The position numbers and the translations under genes are program-made. The notes under the pieces are model-generated. The model ran no database searches. It saw only the letters and a program-made list of their open reading frames with translations, and was not told where the DNA came from. Shown here piece by piece: positions 31,844 to 43,186 of a DNA stretch of 64,000 nt; position 1 is the stretch's first letter; each line of letters begins with the position of its first letter. This stretch comes from Andalucia godoyi And28 (lineage: Eukaryota > Protista > Jakobida), in assembly GCA_009859145.1 (NCBI GenBank), contig VRVR01000050.1, positions 62,001-126,000 on the forward strand. The letters run 5' to 3'.

Positions 31844-33364
31844 ATGGAGGGCTCGGTGTTGTACGGAATCATTGTTTTGAATGCGCAAACGGGGTCTTTG
31901 CTTGCGTATCGGTCGTTTTCACAGGGATATGGTCTTCCTGCAGTGTGTGTGTCGCAGGACGACGATCTCGATGCGACGAGCTTGGCATCACTGTTCTATG
32001 CTATTCAGTGCCAGGCATCCGAACTTGCTCCGGTTGTCCGCAAGCCAAAACCGCCCGCTTTTGCACAACCAAGAACTCCTAGTTCCTCGTCAGATTCGCC
32101 GTTCTCACGATCTTCGCTGACCCCAGCCTCATTCAAACGAACTGCAATCGTCGGATCAAAATCTTCGTCGCTGGATAATCATAATAGTAATCCTAGTGGC
32201 AATAATGGTTGCAGCAAGAACAAGAACAACGATAATGATGGTGGCAACGGCGGCAATGATGCAGTAAGTGATTCAAGTGGGAATTCACTTGCGAACCGGT
32301 TGACCAGGTTTGTGGCTCGAGATGTGACGATTGTGTTTAGCCATGGCCTTCCGAGAATCCCCGTTACGGTATCCGTGATTGCGAATTCGGTGTCTTGCAA
32401 CGACTTGTTCACAACGAGGCTCGCCGAGTTGGTCCTGGACGACTATGCAAAGCAGTTTGTTGAGCAGGACTCCAAGTCGGATGACGGCGAGTGGACGGTA
32501 AAACCGTTTGGCAAGAAACAGAGGAAGAGATTTCATGCTCTCGTCGACGGGTGTCTTGTCACGGCATTTCAGCAGGCTGTGGAGCACATTATGGAAGATG
32601 CTCTAAGCCCGAAATGGTCGATACTTGTGGAATCTCTTCAGTTTGCTGACAAGCTTCGGCAACCTTGCGAAGAGTTGGTGCTTATGCGATCCATTGTCTC
32701 TCCACCGATGCATCCCGCAAAGGTTCGCTGCGCTGCAGAGGAGCGAGACGCGGGGCCGAAGAGCACGGGCTTTATGTCGGTCCATCCGACGTCGTCCAAA
32801 CCGAGTCCGGCCCATCCCATCGACCAGGGCGGTGGAACATCGAAGCGGGAGGTGGAGAGGTCCAGCAAGCGGAGAGACAAGGAGCTGGAAAGAGCGTTTC
32901 AAAAATCATCGGCCATCGCCGGTGTGCACAGACAAGCCGCAGCAGATCCAGGTCAGTTTCCCTTGCTTCTTGTTCTTGGGAAGCCTCCGTGCGGCCTCTT
33001 GAAGAAGAATGTCCAAGACTGGGTGTTCTCGATGCTGGGCCTCGTCACCGCCTTGTATCAGCCAATGCTTGTGCATCTGGTGTCGTCGGCAGGTATGTCT
33101 ACATTTGCCCAAGAGATAGACAGCGAGCAGGATCGCAGTGGCGGTGCTCCACATCTGCTCCACATGACGCTCTCGGACGCAAACCATGTGCTCGGAATCG
33201 TCATCCGCAACTTGGTTGTCGTATGTGGAGTCGAGTGCCCTCGAACCGCCGTGGACCGATGCGCAAGTGCACTCCAGCGAGTGGCGCTTCGACCACACAA
33301 TCTATCATCGCTTGTAGACTTCATGTCGTCCCTCCAGCTCACGATCCACTCCGCATACTTTTAA
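31844..33364 (+). CDS. Longin-like domain protein
   Basis: N-terminal VLYGIIVLNAQTGSLLAYRSF...LASLFYAIQCQASEL fits the longin beta-beta-alpha start; ATG at 31844. Confidence 0.55.
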   Translation: MEGSVLYGIIVLNAQTGSLLAYRSFSQGYGLPAVCVSQDDDLDATSLASLFYAIQCQASELAPVVRKPKPPAFAQPRTPSSSSDSPFSRSSLTPASFKRTAIVGSKSSSLDNHNSNPSGNNGCSKNKNNDNDGGNGGNDAVSDSSGNSLANRLTRFVARDVTIVFSHGLPRIPVTVSVIANSVSCNDLFTTRLAELVLDDYAKQFVEQDSKSDDGEWTVKPFGKKQRKRFHALVDGCLVTAFQQAVEHIMEDALSPKWSILVESLQFADKLRQPCEELVLMRSIVSPPMHPAKVRCAAEERDAGPKSTGFMSVHPTSSKPSPAHPIDQGGGTSKREVERSSKRRDKELERAFQKSSAIAGVHRQAAADPGQFPLLLVLGKPPCGLLKKNVQDWVFSMLGLVTALYQPMLVHLVSSAGMSTFAQEIDSEQDRSGGAPHLLHMTLSDANHVLGIVIRNLVVVCGVECPRTAVDRCASALQRVALRPHNLSSLVDFMSSLQLTIHSAYF

Positions 33365-33556
33365 AATTGCTCTGCTGAAGGTGGGGAAATATATCATCGA
33401 AACCTGGACGGTCGTGGAGCAACAGTCCGCCGAAAGGCTTGTCGAAGTTTCTTCTTTTCTTTTTTTTATTACGATGAGAAACAATGTGCGGCATTCCAGA
33501 AAAGAAGGGCCATACTCTGCACCCATGTATGGTGTAGCATGCGGGACCACGTCCGT

Positions 33557-34171
33557 TTACCGGTAGCGGTGGAAAACGGTGGTGTTGCGGCGCTTCCAGT
33601 TTGCACGCTTTGACGGGCGCAACTTGGTAGACTGGTGTCCCTTGTTGACGAGACCGCGGGCCTTGCGTCCCTGCGAGGTAAGACCGCGAGCTTCACGGCG
33701 CTTCTGGGTGGATGCTGCAATCCAGTTGATGGCGGGGTCGCGGCGGATTGCCTTGTGTGCGGGGTCAACGCAGATGACCTCAAAGTACTTGTACATGCCG
33801 TCCTGTCCAACCCAGTACGAGCTGAGGACACGGAGACCCTTGACGCGGGCACCGATACGCTGCTCAGCAATGGCCTGGAGCGAACGAGTCGGCTTGAGGT
33901 GGTTGATACCGACGGACGCCGGCTTTCCATAGACGATACCCTTGGGAACCTGGCGCTTGCGACCTCCACGGCGGATGCGGGTACGGTAGATCACATATCC
34001 CTGCTTGGCCTTGTAGCCGAGGCGGCGGGCCTTCTCAACACGCGAAGGGCGGGTGATGCGGTGAACAGTGGTCAAGTTGCGGTATTCCCAGCAGCGCAGA
34101 CGCATCAAGAAACGCAAAACATCAGACTGTTTCTTCTTCCAGAGCTCCTCAAGGTAGGTGTAGGCTCCCAT
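33557..34171 (-). CDS. RPL15: 60S ribosomal protein eL15
   Basis: [18 protein letters not shown]...[13 protein letters not shown]...WKRRNT. Confidence 0.99.
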   Translation of the reverse strand: MGAYTYLEELWKKKQSDVLRFLMRLRCWEYRNLTTVHRITRPSRVEKARRLGYKAKQGYVIYRTRIRRGGRKRQVPKGIVYGKPASVGINHLKPTRSLQAIAEQRIGARVKGLRVLSSYWVGQDGMYKYFEVICVDPAHKAIRRDPAINWIAASTQKRREARGLTSQGRKARGLVNKGHQSTKLRPSKRANWKRRNTTVFHRYR

Positions 34172-34763
34172 TCTATTTCTGTTAAAATGTGGTTGAAATG
34201 GATAGACTCACGAATGGAAACGATCAACAAGAAGAAGGAAGAAGGAAGAAAGAAGAGAGAAGGAAGAAGAAGAGGAATAAAAGGAGAGAAAGAGAGAGAA
34301 CCCGAGCACGAGAAAACGCAAAGAGAGAGGATCTAATTGGCACAAGCACCCCACCAAAATCATCTTTGAAGAGCTAGGGCACAGAAAGAACCCTAGATCC
34401 GGCAGTCGTGCAGCAAAAAAAAGGACTAAGGACGACGGATAAAAGATACCGAAAGACCATTGTTAGAGTAATCATGCGCCGGACTTGTTTGAGAGCATTT
34501 TCCCTCGTATTCGGTGTCAAAGTCGGGATTAGGGTTGTCCAATTCTCTTTAATGCCGAAGGTCAGAACCCCCCTTTCCACTCTCTCTGCCCAACCCTAGC
34601 TCATTGGATCCTGTTTTTCCCATTCGAGATTTTCTTTTCCACAAAGCTCTGTTTTTCGTTTCTTCCATTATCACTCTTCTTCTTCTTCTCTCTCTTTCTT
34701 TTTTCTTTTTTTTTTCCCTCGTGTAGGTTTGTCTTTCTTTCCCTAACCATCAGTTCATTCGAA
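34172..34763. promoter_or_regulatory. Bidirectional RPL15/RPL10 promoter with CCCTA[G/A] telo-box-like motifs and pyrimidine tracts
   Basis: Divergent ATGs ~590 bp apart; CTAGGG 34374, AACCCTAG 34389 and 34592, TTAGGGTT 34529. Confidence 0.6.
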
Positions 34764-35402
34764 ATGGGACGTCGCCCTGCCCGTTGCTACCGCGTCTCGA
34801 ACGGAAAGCCGTACATCAAGTCTCGCTACTGCCGTGGAGTTCCCGATCCCAAGATCAGAATCTTCGATCTCGGAAAGAAGAAGGCCCATGTTGACGAGTT
34901 CCCGTACTGCGTTCACATGATTTCTCTCGAGAAGGAACAGATTTCATCGGAGGCCCTTGAAGCAGCCCGTATTTCCTGCAACAAGTACCTGACGAAGACC
35001 GCCGGAAAGGACGCCTTCCATTGCCGCATCCGTGTGCATCCGTTCCATGTCTTGCGTATCAACAAGATGTTGTCATGCGCAGGTGCCGATCGTCTCCAGA
35101 CCGGTATGCGTGGTGCCTTTGGTAAGCCCATCGGTACTGCTGCCCGTGTCAACATCGGACAGATCCTCATCTCCGTCCGCTGCAAGGACCAGCACGGCCA
35201 GGCCGCCATCGAGGCTCTCCGCCGCTCCAAGTTCAAGTTCCCCGGACGTCAGCAGATCGTTGTCTCCAAGAAATGGGGCTTCACCGATATCCCTCGCGAG
35301 GACTTCGTCACTCTCCGTGCCGCCGACAAGATCGATGTGGATGGTGTCTATGCCCGTGTCAAGTCGAATGCCGGTCCGCTCCGTGCATCCATCGAGGCTT
35401 AA
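34764..35402 (+). CDS. RPL10: 60S ribosomal protein uL16 (L10/QM)
   Basis: [10 protein letters not shown]...[18 protein letters not shown]...KFPGRQ. Confidence 0.99.
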   Translation: MGRRPARCYRVSNGKPYIKSRYCRGVPDPKIRIFDLGKKKAHVDEFPYCVHMISLEKEQISSEALEAARISCNKYLTKTAGKDAFHCRIRVHPFHVLRINKMLSCAGADRLQTGMRGAFGKPIGTAARVNIGQILISVRCKDQHGQAAIEALRRSKFKFPGRQQIVVSKKWGFTDIPREDFVTLRAADKIDVDGVYARVKSNAGPLRASIEA

Positions 35403-35601
35403 ACTGGAAGAGGAGTCGAACTTTAGATCAGAAGGTTTGTTTGGTAATTAAAAAAAAAACTGAAAGAAAAAATTATCATGTTCTTTGCTGTCTCGCAAAT
35501 GTGGTGATATATGTGGCACTGTTTAGTGTGTGCTTGCTGTTTCACAAAAAAGGGCGGGAAAGACGATGCAATAGGGTCCAGTGAGGAAGAGGCATCAATA
35601 A

Positions 35602-36595
35602 TTACAAACTGGCCTCGTGGATCTTGGTTTGATAGTGCAAGATGCGCTGTTGCATGCGAAGCAGTCGGTCTTGCATGTCGAGAGCTCGACTGGGAACCTT
35701 GTCGACATCGCGATCACCGCTTAATTCATCATTCACTGGCCTCCCCTGTTCGAACCGGGTCATTGCGCGTTCCACAAACAGCGAACGCGCCGTTGGCAAG
35801 TCTATGGCAGACCGAGTACGAGAGGCACCAGCAGCAGCCCCGGCGTTTGGAGCGGCGGCAGAACGAACTTGACGCTGCTGGCGATCATACTTTAAAATTA
35901 AACCTTCCAGTCGCACAGAAAACTCGTCTACCAGATGACGGATCTCGGCTCGAAGAGAAGCGTCGAAATCCTCCTTTGCGAACAACGGCTGTGGATCGTC
36001 GCGTTCCATCGGCTGAACCGCATGTCGAGTGGACACCGAGTTGGGATTGGTGCTGCCTCTGGCAGGGACGGCACTCGAGATGGGTCGATCGTCCTCCTCC
36101 GTGGTTGGTCGTGCGGAGGAGGGCTCCAAGCACGCAGCAAGGTCGCCTATCTTCATTGGAGACGACCGAAACCGACTTTCCGAGCCATAGACCGACGAGC
36201 TTCGTCGAAGGGGAATCGTCGGACTGACGACCGGTTGGCTCGGTATCTTTTCTCTGCTTTGAGCCTCTTTCGATGCCGCCGACACCGAGACCAGTGATGA
36301 TGCGAATGCAGATAACGGCTGCTGCTTCTTCTTTCCAGGTGATGCTTGAGAAGACAGGAACCTTCGCACAAAGGCATCCTTTTGCTTATCTGTCGTCAGA
36401 TTGAAAGTCTACGGATTGTTGTTGTTGTTTTTGCAGTTTAGTACTACTCTTTCCTTCATCGCTCCTCTACATATTCTTCTCCCTTTGTCCTAACGACCAG
36501 GAGCGACGAACAAAAATTAACAATATAGAACATACACGAAATGCTCGGTTGCAATACGCAAGCTCATCTTCTTCAAGCGTTTCAACAAGCCTCAT
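35602..36595 (-). CDS. Hypothetical protein; probable exons 36595-36536 and 36408-35602
   Basis: GTATGT donor at 36535 and GTAG acceptor at 36409 give in-frame ...AYCNRAFR-TFNLTTDKQKDAFVRRF; the start is uncertain. Confidence 0.45.
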
Positions 36596-36955
36596 TTTAT
36601 TTCTGACGGGAAGGTTCCTTGTACGAACAACGTACACCACGCACTAAGCGAAAGAAACAAAAGTGCATGGTTGTTGCACACATATATGTATAAGGAAAAC
36701 GTGCATTTTGCAATGCTTGCGATCCTTGTTTTGGAAGGCATCGGAGTCGGGTTTCCTCTTATGGTTTTTGTTTTTTGAAGGAAGAAAGAAAAAACCCCAG
36801 TGAAAACATCATTGTTGACGGTCTGAAAGGATCTGTGAGGACAAGCCAGTGTTGGAGGAATGGGAAAGGCGTATAATCGGGTATAGTGTACAAGATAAGA
36901 TAATTGGAAACATCAGGAGAATCGCTGAGAGAAAAGGAGGGAGACAACGCTCTCA

Positions 36956-39900
36956 CTAGGCAGTATTGCGCACTTCCGTCCATGAATCCTCGGATCGAGG
37001 AGAGAGTGTTGCGGATGCACAGTCGCTGCTTCGATCCTTGGTTGATTCGACGTCAGCGGCACGATCGGATGCCGGTGCCGCCGGGCGTGGCTCCTGCACA
37101 ATCGGTGATTCTGCAACGTGGTCATCCGCTATGTCGGAGCCCGTGGACTGCGGCACGTCGACAGGAGCAACGTCTTGCGATGGAGATGGATCGCTGACAG
37201 TCACGCTATTTGCAGATGGAGGCTGATGACTCTCAGCGTCCTGTCCGGCGGTTGTGCTGGCATTCGATCTCAGTTTTTCAGAGGATGCAAACAAATCTGC
37301 TTCGTTTTCTCTGAGAAGTTTGCTGACAGTCTCCACGTTCTGTTCACACAGCCGAGAATCTGCGGGCATAAGCATGGAAACGGCGTCCTGAACAGAGAGA
37401 TCCGTGTATCGATCAAAGCACTTCATGATGAACAGCAGAGACTGTTCGTACCTTTGCACGGCAGACGTCGCATCATGCGCCGCCCTTCTTCGATTCTTGT
37501 CGTTCACCGGCGCAGTGACAGACGCTCTCTTTGCAAACAGCGCTGCCTTCTTCACTTTCTTCAACGCATCGTCTATCAAAGAAGCCTTTGAAAGAGACGC
37601 AACGGGGACGCTGAACGTAAGAATGGATCGAACTTCTGTAAGCAACGGATCCGAATCAGGATGCGAAGCATGCCGAGCCGATCGCGGAGAAACCAGATCG
37701 AATTGAGATCGTCGAGCAGGCGAGCCCGTTCGTCGGTACATGCCATTTGTTTCACGACTGTACAGCAGAAGTGCAGGAGAATTCATCGTGACGGGCTTTG
37801 CAACTCGTCGGACAAGCTTGCCATCGGGGCCACGAGTCACGAGGTCCTCTCCTCGAATGAGCACAATCCCGCCAGGACCTGGAGTTGCGGAATTTGCAGG
37901 CGATTTGGCTCGTAATGGAGACGCAGACTTGCGTCCATTTCTTCGAGAGGTCGATGAAGCGGGAGACGCACTCGTGCTCGCAGCAGCAGCCGCAGCCGCA
38001 GTAGCAGCAGAAGCAGTGGGGGAAGCAGACGAAACAGCACTACTTTCATCCTTTTCTGCCCCGACCTTCTTCTTGGCAACCTTCCGAATGGGAAAGGAAA
38101 GTTGAACAGCATATCGGAAACAAGATCGCAGAAAGTCCACGTAATCCCTCCGCAAAGATGCAGGCTTGCCAGACGGAGGCGATCCAACTTCACCACCACC
38201 ATCCAACGCATCCTGTGTAGCTTCACTGTGGTCATCTGGAAAGTGGCTTGCCTCCGATGTCGGTCCTCCGACTGCAGTGGAAGTGGTCGCCGAAGATGAC
38301 GATGACGACGGTGACGCAGCTGATGCAAACATGGACCTCTTATGTGCGACATCCTGGGCAGTAAAGACGTCCTTCACTGGACCGAGATCCGGATGGAAAA
38401 CAACGGAGAAGACATCCTGGAAAGTAATCGAGCGCAAAAACGAATCTGGAAAGTTTGGGATTGCCTTGAGCAGTTGCACCCGAATTGCGGCAGACCATGT
38501 CAGCAATGTGGACATTTGCTTGCGAACAATGTAGCGGCAGATTGGATCCTGTGCCAGAGCAATGCAAAGCAGCAAGGCGCCGACCCACTGTGAAGGAAAG
38601 TCCTCTACGGGCTTCATCACGAGATCAAACAACATGGATAGAGATGTCGTTCGAGAAAAGATGAATCTGCCGACGTGCAGTTGGGGACTTGTATGCAGAA
38701 GCATGTACAAGCAAATCTTTAAACATCGCTCGGAAGCCGGAGCGACGTTCATCGAAGAATCAATGAGATTCACGAACCACCGTTTTTCGGCGAGAACATT
38801 TCCCATGAGTGGCGAACAGCGCTTGATCATTGCCGCAAGAAGTGACAATGAAAATTCCGTTTCCTCACTGTACGAATCAAACAAGATTCTTCGCTCCATG
38901 CATTGCCAAAACACTGAATTTCCAATCAAAAACTCCGTTGACGACGGATGAACGCTCACCAGTGCTCGCAACGCCTCGGTGGCTGCAAGTCTGACGGTAA
39001 GCGACACGTCAATTGACAATCTTCGTGCACACAATTCAGGAACTCTTAATTCCTCCAGCCTCGCAAAATACGTCTTTGACAGCGGTGCAAAGCAAGACGC
39101 AGCAATTGCACGAGCCACAGAATCGGTTCCATCTGCGAGCACCGAAACCAGGAATTCAATGGCTCCCGAACTCGCAACATCTTTTCTGGCGGATTCTGTC
39201 AGGCAGCAAATGGAAAAGATGCAGTCCAGGCATGTGAGATAGCAATCCACATGCTCTGTTCGTTGGGCACAGCCGATGATCATAGCAACCACACCGTTTT
39301 CCGAAAGGAGACCCGCGCAAGTTGCCGCCAATGGACCTCCAAACGACGGGAAACACGCATCGTCAACGTCTTCCGCACCATCCACTTCTTCAATCTCCGC
39401 AGGAGCTGAATTTTCCACTTGGGGTCTCTGAGCAGGCTCGACGCTCGCAGGAAAATGTGATTGCGGGGCGGGTTCGCGGTTCCACTGCGCTTCTCCCGAG
39501 CAGACAGCCACAATGATTTTTAAAATCTGAGCTGTCGCGAGATGCAGTTCTTCTAGGACCGACGACGCAACTTCCATCTCGCTTTGCATCGATGTGTTCA
39601 TGGATATTTCCGATAAATCCAAAGGAACTGCATCAACGGACTGTGTTGTCAGCGAATCACAAAGAATTCGGAACACCGAATCCTCGGTTTTGAACAGGAA
39701 TGTCTCCATTCGATCTTGACTCACATCTCTAACCACAGCAGCAACAACGATCATAATAACAACAACAATAGTAGTAATAAAGTCAATATCATGGTCAAAC
39801 ACCGACGACGAACAAAAAACATAATTAAAAAAACATAAAAACATACACTTCGATGAGCCTCTTAAACATGGTTACAAGTTCGTGAAGCTCGCCTGGATTT

Positions 39901-40167
39901 GGAAGAAAGTCAATCTCAGGGTCGATGGACTGCGGCCGCGAAAAGTACTTGTGAAGCGACACATTCACGGATTTCAGCGTGTCAAAGATTCCTCGAACCA
40001 CAGTCAGCTGCAAAACACAACGTATAAGCACCCGCAATCAAATGCACGTAGTCAACGCGAAAACCCGCAAAAAAAAAAAAAAAAAGAGGAATGGACAAAC
40101 TGGGAATTTCAACACATACTTCATCTTTCCACTGCTCAGCACCGCCTTGCTGAGAACCAGAAGCCAT
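36956..40167 (-). CDS. ARM-repeat protein; exons 40167-40120, 40007-39847, 39728-36956
   Basis: Two GTATGT introns splice in frame (MASGSQQGGAEQWKDE-LTVVRG...LIEV-DVSQDRMET); ARM-like SGAIEFLVSVL...ARAIAASC and RLAATEALRAL. Confidence 0.75.
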
Positions 40168-40573
40168 GCTCGGATAACACACAGGAAAGCCCACAAAGCC
40201 ACAAACACACAAACACACAGAAAAACTCACACAAGCCGAAATAAACCTATATGAAGAAAAAAATTCGTCAGGACTCTGGAATTACGAAATCGTAAAGAAC
40301 GAGAGAGAGTTGAATGGAGAAAGAAAAAACGATGCTCTCAAGCCGGAAGTTCCGGGGATCCAATGGCAGGCCGTTGCCACTTATTGCGATATGTAGAGCG
40401 CACGTAAACAAAACCACTGCCACACGCGCCATGCGCATGCGTCTGTCATCTTAGCAACTCCGTCACACGATGCCCGATTCGTTTCGCCCCATTTTGATCA
40501 TGAAAGCCTTATATAAACACGCCGCCGCGCTGCGTTCTCGCACAGCGACGCTCATGTCTTATTTTTATTGTCC

Positions 40574-40865
40574 ATGCAACGCACCATGTACGTCACGTCC
40601 GCAACGCTGCGCAAGACCTGTGACAATCTCCACCGCCACCTTCCGGCGATGGGCCGCCACCGGGACGATCCGCAGCATCCACGCCGGCTCCCATCGCATG
40701 CACTGCCTCGCAGACGTCGAACACGCCATCACCACCTGCTTCGTTGCCCGCCACAACGGACAGCGCAGCGCCGAAAGCAGACGCAAAAGAGCCCGCGGCG
40801 AGAGCAGTGAAAGTGAAGATGCACCCGTCGACGAGCCAGAGATCAGTTCTGCGAAGGTGGCTTGA
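40574..40865 (+). pseudogene. tnpA: IS607 TnpA serine recombinase remnant (catalytic core deleted)
   Basis: MYVTSATLRKTCD/ISTATFRRWAATGTIRSIHAGSHRMHCLADVEHAI (MerR-like HTH, +1 frameshift near 40626) is fused directly to ITTCFVARHNGQRSAESRRKR (cf. the IITVFSARLYG-x-RS C-terminal helix). Confidence 0.8.
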
Positions 40866-41140
40866 CGCGCATTTCCTCTGCATCCCACAGTCGCTTGTCA
40901 AGCGCATGATTGCGCTGGATCCCGGCGTGTGCACTTTTGCAACTGGATATGGCCCTTTGGGGTCGCATGATCGAGGTCGGCGCAAAGGATGTTTCGTGCA
41001 TTTATCGGCTGTGTCTATCTACCGACAAACTGTCTTCGAAGATCGCCACGGTATTTTGTTGCCCATCGTGCAAATGCACGATCGACCGCGATTGGAAACG
41101 GCGCGCGCAACATCTACATCTATCTAAAGAACGTCTCTCA
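40800..41140 (+). pseudogene. Fanzor2 (TnpB-like RuvC nuclease) remnant
   Basis: AVKVKMHPSTSQRSVLRRWLDA; HFLCIP..MIALDPGVCTFATGY (RuvC-I Asp 40918-20); MIEVGAKDVSCIYRLCLSTDKLSSKI; VFCCPSCKCTIDRDW/NGARNIY (RuvC-III Asp 41090-92). Two frameshifts and two large deletions. Confidence 0.9.
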
Positions 41141-41144
41141 TGCC

Positions 41145-41272
41145 GAGGGGCGTGTTGGGGCCTACCTCCTTCCCAATCATGCTATGCATGTTGTTGGGTT
41201 GCAGCATTGATTATGGGTGATCAGCGACGATTGTCCGTGGGTTAGTGTACAATGTAGACGACAAACGACCGG
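41145..41272 (+). ncRNA. Putative Fanzor omegaRNA scaffold / right end
   Basis: Sits between the nuclease C-terminus and the element end. Long imperfect hairpin at 41172-41218 (CCCAATCATGCT..GCA / TGCAGCATTGATTATGGG); blocks are shared with copy B. Confidence 0.6.
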
Positions 41273-41497
41273 TTTTTGGAGTATCATTTTTATTTTAATT
41301 ACGACCGGGAAAACTTGGGAAAGGGATGGGGAAAAAATGAGTGGGTTCATCTGCTGTAGATGACAGAAGAAACGATTCGGAAGCTTGCGAAGTTGTCTCG
41401 TTTCTTCTTTTTCTTTTTTCTTCTTCTTCTTCTTCTTCTTCTTCTTCTTCTTGTTTTGCAACTGAGGGTGGAGCAGGAGAGCAAGGGCAAGAACAAG

Positions 41498-42190
41498 ATG
41501 CGTCGTGGAGGATCGAGCATAGTGGAGCATTTGCTGGAGTGGCTGGAACGGGACTATCGGCAGAATTATCTTGTTTTACGACTGTGTTTCGACATTGTGA
41601 TTTTCACACTGACGTTTGTGCTGGCGGCAACGACGACTGCACGAGTTTCTCGCAAGTTATGCTCGCCTTATTTTTCAGAGTCGGAGTGCAACGGGTGGGT
41701 CTCGCAGCACGTGACTTCCACAGTGCCGTACTTCATCTTGGCAGTCGCAGCGGACCTTGCGCTGTGCTGGTGGCTTCGATCAGGACTTCTCAAGCAAGTC
41801 AAAGGAGCATACAAGAGAGTTCGCATTCTGCTTATGGGTCATGCATATCTTTTCCTTATTCTGTGGATTATGGTGTCTGCAATGCGGTTGCCGGTTGTCT
41901 GGATGCTGGTCTTTATCTCCATTGCGCTCGACGTCTTGCTGATTAAGAGATTTTGGAACGAACAGAGCACCGGGGATTTGCAGTTTGGCCAAATGATGGT
42001 CAGCGCAGCTGCTGGGAACCGAGCAACTCCCTTTGGTACGTACCAGCAGGTTCCACAGGCCGAGATGGTCCAACTCATCCCGGTTGACGAACATGGAAGA
42101 CAGGTGCAGGGCGGAAGGCCGGTATGGGTCCCTGCAAATGACATGGCCAGACAACCTCCTCTTCAGTTCGCCGACTCGGAACAGCCCTGA
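41498..42190 (+). CDS. Four-pass membrane protein, hypothetical
   Basis: ATG at 41498; four hydrophobic segments and a Q/P-rich tail. Confidence 0.7.
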   Translation: MRRGGSSIVEHLLEWLERDYRQNYLVLRLCFDIVIFTLTFVLAATTTARVSRKLCSPYFSESECNGWVSQHVTSTVPYFILAVAADLALCWWLRSGLLKQVKGAYKRVRILLMGHAYLFLILWIMVSAMRLPVVWMLVFISIALDVLLIKRFWNEQSTGDLQFGQMMVSAAAGNRATPFGTYQQVPQAEMVQLIPVDEHGRQVQGGRPVWVPANDMARQPPLQFADSEQP

Positions 42191-42358
42191 TTGCACTCGG
42201 GTTGCGGTGTCTTCATCTTCTTCAAAAACTATTCGCCATCAAGTAATTTAAAAAAACCCCCCAAAAAAACCGTGGACCTTTGTTGAATGTTCGCGTGTAT
42301 GCATGTCTGTTCGCTGCATCTCAGGTGTCGCTTTTCGTGTATTTACATATGCCACTCG

Positions 42359-43186
42359 CTAGGTGAAGAGAGATGGGTCAAAAGAACTTCCAAAGAGAAA
42401 ACTCCAGGATTTCGGCGCCTTCCATTTGCCCGACTTTGGCACAGGAATGACTCCGACAGCGGCAAGGCTCTGGGCAAACTCGATTGCGTGGAACGTGTTG
42501 TTTCCTTCTGCGCAGAACATCAGCAACACATCAAACTGCTGAGGGGTCCACTTGCAAGCATCTGTGCTGTCTGCATTCGAAGCCTTTCTAAACTCGTTCA
42601 GCAAAGGAGACGACTCGAGAATCGTATCTGTATTGTCGCCCAGTTCAAGAGGCGCAATCTGGTGTCTGTTTTCCAGCGAAACTCGATGTGCAAACCTGCT
42701 TTCGACTTGCGAAAACCAGGATTTTCCGTCCTTAGCAAACGAGATATAACGAAACGGCGACGAAATCATGAGCTGATCGTCGTTTCTCCAAGCTGAATTC
42801 ACTCCAGAGAGAAGCAATACATCCGAAATCCCAAGCTTGGAGGCACACGCATTCAGAAATGAGCCTACAAACGAGGACTCTCTCTTTGGTATTGCTGGCG
42901 CACGCAGCTGCAAGATGACCACGTCTGGCAAGTCTGCTCCCGCAAAGAATTCAGCAGTCGACAAGATTCTTTCTATGCCGTCATCCTGAGCATCCTCGGC
43001 GTATCCTGCAACCGGAATCAGGTCTTCCGAGTGAAGAACAGCAACGCAGCGAAGCGAGAATGAAGAAATGACAAAATCAAGCGCTAGCTGATCCACATTC
43101 GCACAACCGACAGCAGGAATCAATAGTTTTTTTCCTTCAAACCTGAAATTAGGATCCAGAATTTCAACGTCTAGCTCTTGACTCAT
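42359..43186 (-). CDS. PSMG2: Proteasome assembly chaperone 2 (PAC2)
   Basis: LLIPAVGCANVDQLALDFVI, ILQLRAP, FCAEGNN, WKAPKSWSFLFG. Confidence 0.92.
   Translation of the reverse strand: MSQELDVEILDPNFRFEGKKLLIPAVGCANVDQLALDFVISSFSLRCVAVLHSEDLIPVAGYAEDAQDDGIERILSTAEFFAGADLPDVVILQLRAPAIPKRESSFVGSFLNACASKLGISDVLLLSGVNSAWRNDDQLMISSPFRYISFAKDGKSWFSQVESRFAHRVSLENRHQIAPLELGDNTDTILESSPLLNEFRKASNADSTDACKWTPQQFDVLLMFCAEGNNTFHAIEFAQSLAAVGVIPVPKSGKWKAPKSWSFLFGSSFDPSLFT

Larger units (their letters stand above)
40369..41272 (+). mobile_element. IS607-type TnpA/Fanzor2 transposon, internally deleted non-autonomous copy A
   Basis: Ordered fragments of TnpA (HTH plus C-terminal helix), then Fanzor2 (N-terminus, RuvC-I, Zn finger, RuvC-III), then a structured 3' tail. 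Candidate GG junctions at 40369-70 and 41271-72. Confidence 0.85.

Noticed and set aside
40343-40355. CCGGAAGTTCCGG palindrome as the element's left end
   Set aside because: Equally explained as a host promoter motif of the divergent ARM gene; kept only as an alternative boundary.
40744-41245. Intact functional Fanzor or TnpA genes
   Set aside because: Frameshifts and large deletions remove essential regions; these are pseudogene fragments.
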